Source of the DNA: Octopus sinensis | Taxonomy: Eukaryota | Assembly (NCBI RefSeq): GCF_006345805.1 | Contig: NC_042999.1 | Span: 61,132,001 to 61,196,000, forward strand | Direction: 5' to 3' | DNA: 64,000 bases | Shown: piece by piece, positions 55,853-64,000 of the stretch | Position numbering within the stretch: the first letter of the stretch is position 1 | How the letters are laid out: every line of letters begins with the position of its first letter | Program-made: the position numbers and the translations under genes | Notes under the pieces: model-generated | Databases searched by the model: none | What the model saw: only the letters and a program-made list of their open reading frames with translations | Told to the model about the DNA's origin: nothing

Positions 55853-56083
55853 AAGGCGACGAGGTGGCAGAAACATTAGCACGCCGGGCGAAATGCTTAG
55901 CGGTATTTCGTCTACCGCTACGTTCTGAGTTCAAATTCTGCCGAGGTCAACTTTGCCTTTCATCCTTTCAGGGTCGATAAATAAAGAACCAGTTTCGCAC
56001 TGGGGTCGACTTAATCGACTTAATCCCTTTGTCTGTCCTTGTTTGTCCCCTCTCTGTTTAGTCCCTTGTGGGCAAAAAGAAAT
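55853..56083 (+). mobile_element. SINE family 2, full length
   Basis: Exact 15-bp TSD ATATATACGTATTTA at 55839 and 56086. Confidence 0.93.
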
Positions 56084-56202
56084 ACATATATACGTATTTA
56101 TGCCAAAACACACACACATATATATTTGTATTATATAGGTGCGCGTGATTGTTTGTGTGCGTGTATGCATATATACAAGGATACACACACACACACATTA
56201 TA

Positions 56203-56256
<54 letters not shown>

Positions 56257-56486
56257 ATATATATATACATATGTATATATATATATATTTGTTTTCGATG
56301 TCTTTGGGAGAGAAATTGGTGTTAGTCCTTTGTATCATTTTTTATTCATCCAGTATTAAAGGCTGCCGTGGTTATGTAAAATCCAATCTAAAAGACAACG
56401 TGGGTCAAGTAGGTACTGTAAATTTAGAGTGAATACTTGAGAAGTATAAGCACCTGTATATGCCAGATAGTGGCAGAAGTGAGAGA

Positions 56487-56577
56487 ATATATCAAACATA
56501 AATTAACAACAGAACACGAAGGACAGAAAGGAGTTCGCGTTCCTTTGTGTTCCGTTTTTAATTTATGTTTGATATAT
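56487..56577. repeat. Foldback hairpin, 37-bp arms
   Basis: ATATATCAAACATAAATTAACAACAGAACACGAAGGA versus reverse complement of 56541-56577, about 34/37. Confidence 0.92.
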
Positions 56578-57540
56578 ATATATAAGTGCAGGTACGTATA
56601 AGTGTCCGTGTGATTGTAGGTATTGGGTTATAAAGAATTTGTTTTTGGGGGCTTTTTTATGTTGTTCCACGAAGAAAATTCATGAACGCAAAACATGATC
56701 AAGTCTCAAATCACATAATGAAGCAATTTATCTGATAATGTCATTCTTCTTCAGGAAGTATCGTAGTATATCTAGTCTCTTCAGCTAGATATTTGATACT
56801 TGTTACTTATGTCATAATAAATACTGTTTTAGAGACAAATATCTATTTTTAACTGCAGATATATACGAAGTAATGTCGTTACTGTTGTCAAATATTGCTT
56901 TTCCGTCGTTGATAGATCAGTAAACGGTTTGTTCGCTAAAATAATAAACACGAACATTGGCTCTTGTTGGTCTCATCATTCCGGGCGTGCTTCTGGCTGA
57001 CGTAGCACAACGATGTTGGAACCCGAAATTCCTTGTACCAATGAATCGAGTAAGCATAGTTGTCACAAAGGAGAAACTATTCTTCTGTGACAAATGCTAC
57101 AGTTATTTGCATATTCATGTATTCATGTTCGAATCCACCTGATGGTACCATCGGTTGCTGATAGCTTTTTAATGATCCGAATCATAAGATATGTTAATAC
57201 TAACTGAATATATTTCCATAGTTATATTCCTCAATATTCTGCTTCCTTGCACCAGCAAATGTCCAATGTTGCCCATTTATTTACCAGTATTTTATCAGTA
57301 CTCCGTTAAATATTATTGATGTTATGCTTTTTTTAATGCAGTCTGAGTAAGATGGAAACATACCTAGAATTGTTTCATATACTCCAACGGGAAATGAATA
57401 TAATTTCATACCTTCCTTAATGCTACTGCTATATATTTTTGTCACAGAAAATGTTTTATTTTAAAAAATGATACATCATATATTTTCGTTTTGTATGTCT
57501 TTTGTTATAATAGGATATATCTTATATAACTGACATATGT

Positions 57541-57712
57541 GGAGGCGCGTGTCTTAGTGGCCAAGGGTGTCGTACACATGATCGTAAGATGGTGATTTCG
57601 ATTCCTAGACTGGACAATTCTTTGTGCTCTTGAACAAGACATTTTATTTCCTGATGCTTCAGTCCACTCACCTCGCAAAAACGATAATCCTGCGACCGGA
57701 CATGGGGGGGGA
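57541..57712 (+). mobile_element. Diverged SINE, head A + start of tail X
   Basis: GGAGGCGCGTGTCTTAGTGG..CAGTCCACTCA..AATCCTGCGA. Confidence 0.65.
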
Positions 57713-58029
57713 GGTACTGTTCACGGGAGAATATACACGCCTCAATATCTGGAAAACTGGAAATATGAGCATATGGCTCGGAAAGAACCTTTGCACCTTT
57801 TTTCCTTTAACCGACGTATACTGAAATAGTTTCTTATTTTTTGTATGTTTTAGCCATTTCCCTAACTTTCCACCAGTAAAATATTGGGGCTTCTCAATTA
57901 CTTAATGCTCCTTAATCCTGAATGTTGTAAAGATAAATAGCTATTAGTAGAGTATTTAGGAACCTCTGCTGGTGAGAGATTATCAGATGCATACTTCAAT
58001 GTGCGTAGAACTGTGCAAGGCAGGGTTTT

Positions 58030-58622
58030 GGGTGTGTAAATGGCTAAAGTCCTCCTTTTCCGCCGCTCAAAAACCACCCGTATCTTGCAGCCCATGGACC
58101 AACTGGTGATTTCTAATGTTAAGAAATTGTACACGAAACACCTGTTTCGTCGGTGCTTTGAAGTCACCGAAAGCGCAAATCTAACCCTTCGTGAGTTTTG
58201 GAAGGAGCACTACAACATTGTTAACTGCCTGAAAAATCATCGATATGGCCTGCAAGGGAAAACGTTAAATTCTGCAGGAAGGAAACTATGGCCTGACTGC
58301 GTATCTGAAAGTGACTTCGAAGGGATTGAATCTGAGACACCTGTATTCGAGGAGATAGTATCTCTTGGCAAGTCCATAGGTCTCGAGGTTCGTGATGGGA
58401 CATTAACGATCTCGTCGAGGAACACTCAGAGGAGCTGACAAAAGATAGTTTCAGGAACAGCAGCATGCGGTGGAAGCGATTGGTATTCCGACGGAGGACA
58501 GCGTAGTGGAGAAGGCTATTACAGCGAGTGACATAAAGACAGTGTTGGCAATGTGGTAGTATGTTTCTGAATTTGTAGAAAAATATCATCCTAAAAAGCA
58601 GAAACCAGTCGTGCAACTGCTA
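58030..58622 (+). mobile_element. Tigger/pogo-like transposase pseudogene (DDE_1 C-terminal part)
   Basis: TTRILQPMDQLVISNVKKLY, LTLREFWKEHYNI, TLNSAGRKLWP, EEIVSLGKSIGLEV, and after a frameshift DLVEEHSEELT: typical Tigger motifs. Confidence 0.88.
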
Positions 58623-58775
58623 TAGTCCTACATGAGCATACGGGGACCACGCTGTGAATTTTTAAATTTTAATTCACCTGAAGAAGACGGTTTTTTCATG
58701 AAGTAAACGGTCTATTCATCAATCAAAAACGCGTCAGAAACAGTTATAATGAACTTTAACTCATTTGCATTCTTT

Positions 58776-58832
<57 letters not shown>

Positions 58833-58833
<1 letters not shown>

Positions 58834-59211
58834 TCTTTAAAACGTTCCACTCGTTTGACCGCAGCCATGCTGGAGCAACGCCCGACACAAGACCTATTCT
58901 CTGAAAGCCTAGTTCTTATTCTATCGGTCGCTTTTGCTGAACCGCTATTGTACGGGGACAGAAACACACCAGCATCGGTTGTCAGGCGATGGTAGTGGAC
59001 ACAAAGATACGCACATAAATAAACACACACACATATATATGCGATGGACGTCCTTCAGTTTCCGTCTTCCCAATTTACTCACTAGGCCTTGGTTGACCCG
59101 AGGCTATAGCACAAGAATAAGACACTTGCTTAAGGTGTCTCGCTGTGGGACTGAACGCAGAACCATGAGGTTTGGAAGCGAGTTTGTTACCACACAGTCA
59201 CGTCTATGCCT
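58833..59211 (-). mobile_element. SINE family 1, diverged
   Basis: Tail GCAGCCATGCTGGAGC, body and head present. Confidence 0.8.
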
Positions 59212-59219
59212 CTCTCTCC

Positions 59220-59270
<51 letters not shown>

Positions 59271-59271
<1 letters not shown>

Positions 59272-59487
59272 CACTTTCACTTGATCACTTTGACCGACCA
59301 GTCGTCAGGCGTCCATTTGACACCGCTGGTCACAGCACGCTGTCCACTCCTCCCTGGATCGCGCCTTTCTCATCCACGTGATCCCAATCGTCCTCTTGAA
59401 ATCGTCACTCCACCGTCGTGGACGTCTTCCGGGTGGTCTTTTCCGCTCATGCGGGTACCACTCGACAACTGCGTGCGTCCACCGATT
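59271..59487 (-). mobile_element. RTE-clade LINE 3' fragment inserted into (TA)n
   Basis: Open frame NRWTHAVVEWYPHERKRPPGRRPRRWSDDFKRTIGITWMRKARSREEWTACCDQRCQMDA* matches the RTE C-terminal RWT..EW.P..KR..GRP..RW.D motif; short AAGTGA-type repeat tail; GC-rich; (TA)n on both sides. Confidence 0.88.
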
Positions 59488-59532
59488 ATATATATATATA
59501 TATATATATATCTTTGCGTTGCGTTTATATAT

Positions 59533-59686
59533 ATATATATAGAAAATAGTAAAAGTGAAAAGACTACAGAAGGCTTGTTTTAAAAGGTTAAAAAATATAT
59601 ATTTGAGTCAATATGTCTGAAAAATGTCATAAATTTTTTTCATAGCCTTCTGTAGTTTTTTCACTTTTTTCTATTTTCTATATATT
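59533..59686. repeat. Foldback element, ~40-bp arms
   Basis: ATATATAGAAAATAGTAAAAGTGAAAAGACTACAGAAGGCT versus AGCCTTCTGTAGTTTTTTCACTTTTTTCTATTTTCTATATAT. Confidence 0.88.
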
Positions 59687-59719
59687 CAACCACGTGCTTT
59701 CACACACCAACTTTCTCAC

Positions 59720-59756
<37 letters not shown>

Positions 59757-59826
59757 CATACATACATATATATAAATAAATATGTATGTATGTATGTATA
59801 TACATACATATATATATATATATATA

Positions 59827-61100
59827 TTTATTGTTTGTCTATGCCAGAAAAAAGGCTTTTTCGTTCGTCCTCTTGTGTTTGTTTTTGTACATGTATTTTA
59901 ATTTTGCAGTCTTATTGTTACGTCTTGTTTGTGTTCGTACTCATTGTGCCCCGCTGCTTGAAATTTATTTTAATTCTCTCGCAGGAAGGCCTATTGGATT
60001 AGTGTTCTGTTATGCCTTCGAAACATGCCTGACTCCTCTAGCGACAGCTGATGACGGGGGTTTTGTCCTTGTGTAACCTGTCCTGTATTTGGTTTTCGTT
60101 TTCCGTTTTCTTGTTTTTTGTTTTTTGGCTTTTTCTGTTTCTACGTCTTATTGTGATGTCCTGTACTTCCGTATAATTATTTATATATGCATGTATATAT
60201 ACATGTAGATGTAGGTACGTACATATATGTTTGTATGTATGCATATATTTTTATTTATCTCCTTATTGTCTGACAGCGCCCCGCATCAGGTTCGTTCCGA
60301 TTCGTCGTTTCGATCCACTTCTTGGTCCCCTTTTTTTATATTAATATTATTATATTGAAGATGCGGTACTCTCTCCCTTTGCTTTAACCTCTTCAATCTT
60401 TCTCCCTCCCCCTCCCCCTCTCTCTTCGCCGCGTGTCCCCCTCCTCCTTCCCTCTTCCTTGCCTAAAAACAAAATTCCTTTACACGTGGTTACCACTATT
60501 GAAAAGACTGCCTCCACGCGCTGCTACTACACTTTCGTCCTTGCCAGCAAAAAGGCTTCTTCGTTCGTCCCCTTGTGTGGTTAATTTCCTGTATAGTATT
60601 CTTGTTATTTTCTCGTTTTGTAACTAATTGTACTTTTTGTACATGTATTTTTATTTTTGCAGTTTTATTGTTTGTCTATGCCAGAAAAAAGGCTTTTTCG
60701 TTCGTCCTCTTGTGTTTGTTTTTGTACATGTATTTTAATTTTGCAGTCTTATTGTTACGTCTTGTTTGTGTTCGTACTCATTGTGCCCCGCTGCTTGAAA
60801 TTTTATTTTAATTCTCTCGCAGGAAGGCCTATTGGATTAGTGTTCTGTTATGCCTTCGAAACATGCCTGACTCCTCTAGCGACAGCTGATGACGGGGGTT
60901 TTGTCCTTGTGTAACCTGTCCTGTATTTGGTTTTCGTTTTCCGTTTTCTTGTTTTTTGTTTTTTGGCTTTTTCTGTTTCTACGTCTTATTGTGATGTCCT
61001 GTACTTCCGTATAATTATTTATATATGCATGTATATATACATGTAGATGTAGGTACGTACATATATGTTTGTATGTATGCATATATTTTTATTTATCTCC
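59827..61100 (+). mobile_element. Element with two near-identical ~436-bp direct repeats (59827-60262, 60664-61100) around a ~400-bp core, inside (TA)n
   Basis: Repeats differ by about one indel on inspection. The core contains a diverged partial third copy (~60540-60670). Repeats carry GAAAC and CTGATGA boxes and resemble 41581-41820. Confidence 0.8.
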
Positions 61101-61101
61101 C

Positions 61102-61148
<47 letters not shown>

Positions 61149-61600
61149 ATACATATATATATATATATGCACGCTCCCTCACTGGTTTTTAGGTTATTGT
61201 GTTCATATTAAAAGGAATGTGATGCCGCAGAAGTGTTTCGTGAATTGGTTTGTGTGTCTCTCGTTTACTTTAGTTAACGGTATTATAGGGCATGCTTCAG
61301 CAACCTCTACACCAGAAAGTTCTTACTGTTGTTTCCTCTCTGACATATATCAAGGTACATATTTTTTGTATTATATATAGCATCACTAATTATTTTATCA
61401 GCAAATCACTGAAAGCTGCTGTAATCTACTTATACATTTTTGTAGGTATTCTCTCTGGATTTCAAACAAAAAGGTGCATCAATGCATACCTTAAGAGACT
61501 CCAGGGAACTGTCTGTTTATTCCTTATCATGTCTAAGATTTGAAATGCAAAGCCCTTGTAAAATTTATTTGTGATGCGATATATGTGTGTGATTTTGCAC

Positions 61601-61639
<39 letters not shown>

Positions 61640-61740
61640 TGATTGTGACTTTGTACGAGTGTTAGTGTGTATGCAAGGGTGTTAATGCATGTAAGTATGC
61701 ATACATATATATGCATATATATATATATGTGCGTGTGTAT

Positions 61741-61792
<52 letters not shown>

Positions 61793-61867
61793 GAGACATA
61801 TAGATACATAGATTTCTAAATAATATATATATTCTACCTGCAAGTTTGTGTGTATGTGTGTGTATGT

Positions 61868-62207
61868 CGTGGCACTCCGTCGGTTACGATGACAACGAGA
61901 AGGCTGTTCAACAGAACGGTCTGCCCGTGAATTTAACGTGCAAGTGGTTGAGCACTCCACAGACACGTGCACCTTTAACGTAGTTCTCGGGGAGTTTCAG
62001 CATTACAAGGCTGGCCCCTTTAACATAAATGTACCACAGAAACAGGAATAAAGAGTGAAAAGTTGTGGTGACAGAGTACAGCAGGGTTCGCCACTACCCC
62101 ATGCCAGAGTCTCGTGGAGTTTTAGCTCAATAAACACTCACAACGCCCAGTCAGTGATCCTATGGCCGCGTGTCCGCTGCCCTAAACATTGGGCCATTGA
62201 CCTCCCA
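61868..62207 (-). mobile_element. SINE, head/body B + tail Y
   Basis: 62035-62205 matches 29700-29890; 61868-62030 matches 39563-39735. 10-bp TSD GTGTGTATGT at 61858 and 62211. Confidence 0.8.
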
Positions 62208-62571
62208 CGCGTGTGTATGTACATGCATAAAGTACTAGTCAGTGACACTAGATTGATAGTATTGTTGTTAGAAAAGCGATGCTAATTATTTTTCCAATTC
62301 TTATAGTATTGCTCTCGGCAGTGCACATCCGAATCTCAACTGCTAATATAAAAAGAAACACGACCCAGAGTAACACACCAATTAGCGTTAATTTTACCAG
62401 ATAGATAGATGATTTTTTGTTAACAGACTAACGAAATATTTTTTGCAAAATATTAGTAGTCAAAAATCTTTAACGCAATTTAAATCAGCATTTCATATTG
62501 AACATCATTTAAATTTGCTCAAAGTTTAGCTAATGTAAAAAAATAAATATTGTTTTCAAATTTCTAGAACA

Positions 62572-62770
62572 TGGCCAGGAGATTCGGGGAAGTGGGGCGA
62601 TCGATTACTCGACTCCAGGTCTCAACTGCTACTTATTTTATCAACATAGTAATCACTTTGAACCCAGAACATGAAGACGGATGAAATGCCGTTAATTGCT
62701 AGGGTCTATGCAATCGATTTCTCCTTCCCTTCAAACAATTGCTGGCTCTGTGCCATAATTTGAAACCATT
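62572..62770. mobile_element. Two decayed SINE family-2 fragments in opposite orientation
   Basis: CGATCGATTACTCGACTCCAGG (minus) and GGGTCTATGCAATCGATTTCTCC..GGCTCTGTGCCATAATTTGAAACC (plus). Confidence 0.5.
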
Positions 62771-63298
62771 ATTTTTATTAATAATATTATTATTATGTGA
62801 GAGAGCAGTGTATGTCATCAAAGTGACACTGGTGTAAAATATACGAAGCCCAGTATACCCATCCTGACTACCTGTCTGATAAGGGCACACCAGGCAAATG
62901 TAGCACAACCATATTTACGTGACATGGTGATCTCATATCAAGATTAACAGCGCATGACTTTGCAGGTGGGGGCCCAGTTAGAATTTTCTTCAGGTCAAGT
63001 AGTCCATCCCACTCAAAAGGCCCTGAAATAAGGGATGTTTAGGGATGTTGAACGAAACACCCATGTTTCCAGAGGTGAATTATCCAAACCCCAAAGAATT
63101 CCTTTCAACAATTGGCTATGATGCTCCCCCACTACTTCTGCTCGTGATCAGAGATGCACGTATCGTCAGCCACCAAGGGACGTGCTCAATTGGGTAAGGT
63201 CAAGCAACTGACAAGCAAACTGTTGTATTGAGCAGAATATTTGCTGTAGCACATCTTTTATACCAAGACAAAACAATGTACATGATAACACCTCCAAT
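62765..63298 (-). mobile_element. Retroposon 3' end (probable LINE 3' UTR) with (AAT)n tail
   Basis: (ATT)n-rich tail at ~62765-62790 followed by a 500-bp non-coding body recalled as an abundant octopus repeat; clade not determined. Confidence 0.55.
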
Positions 63299-63475
63299 CG
63301 TCTGCCGTTACGTTCTGAGTTCAACTTCCACCGAGGTCAACTTTACCTTTCATCCTTTCGGGTTCGATAAATTAAGTACCAGTTACGCACTGGGGTCGAT
63401 GTAATCGACTTAATCCTTTTGTCTGTCTTTGTTTGTCCCTCTCTGTTTAGCCTCTTGTGGGCAATAAAGAAATAT
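63299..63475 (+). mobile_element. SINE family 2, 5' truncated
   Basis: GTCTGCCGTTACGTTCTGAGTTCAAC..TTGTGGGCAATAAAGAAATA. Confidence 0.9.
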
Positions 63476-63789
63476 TACATCTATAGAAATCTCCTTCAAA
63501 TCGTTACTATGTCCAACTTAAATTTTAGAACTTTTAGTTATATGTAAACGCTAAATGTATCAATACTCAGATAATTCTGTTATCTATCGATATGAACAGA
63601 CAAAATAAATTCATCCCCTCGGGGTTATGCACTTTTATATAGAAATAGGGAAGTTCTATTAGTGGCTCCTGCGCATATTAACTTGCTATTAAAATTTACA
63701 TTTAAAAACACTCCTGTTACAAAAACTCATTTTTCATATAGACATGATAATTTGATATTACCTTACTAGATTTTGCATTCATATATATA

Positions 63790-64000
63790 CGAGGGTGTGT
63801 TAAATCTTATAGGCATTGTTGTTTTTTCAATGTATTTACACAAAAGTAGTGATAAAGAAGGACGTCATTTTTCTATGTGGTCTCTTTCCTTTCCAATACA
63901 CTTGGTTCAGCGGTCCACAAGCTTGCGTATTCCCTCCGAGAAGGTTTTCGGCTGGTCGTGCAACCATTTATGCACCGAATCCTTCACATCTTCATTCAGA
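63790..64000 (-). mobile_element. Mariner 3' end with TIR (continues beyond the window)
   Basis: TA|CGAGGGTGTGTTAAA terminus; minus-strand peptide NEDVKDSVHKWLHDQPKTFSEGIRKLVDR*TKCIGKERDHIEK* matches a mariner C-terminus. Confidence 0.88.

Noticed and set aside
60015-60060. Complete type II/III hammerhead in the direct repeats
   Set aside because: Boxes are present but no G-U-H triplet or stem I/III can be formed; kept only as a hypothesis.

Overview
Eukaryotic, very AT-rich, repeat-dominated DNA with no intact protein-coding gene that I can support. The SINE repertoire and microsatellite load strongly resemble an Octopus (coleoid cephalopod) genome; this is an inference from memory of those repeats. 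Nearly all ORF-track hits are microsatellite or antisense artefacts. Supportable content: two decayed R4/Dong-like RLE LINEs (1-745, 24957-26693), a young RTE 3' fragment inserted in (TA)n, mariner and Tigger/pogo transposase remnants, a tRNA-Asp pseudogene, and more than 25 tRNA-derived SINE copies in several families. Four patterns stand out. (1) Five minimal hammerhead-ribozyme motifs lie in short Penelope-like repeats. (2) At least seven foldback palindromes sit next to (TA)n tracts, one with a clear fold-back and stutter junction. (3) One SINE group occurs in all four combinations of 2 heads x 2 tails, each combination with its own target-site duplication. (4) A short unique region at about 16.1-17.0 kb carries strong splice signals. 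Family labels (family 1/2, head A/B, tail X/Y) are my own. Element boundaries were read by eye and are approximate.
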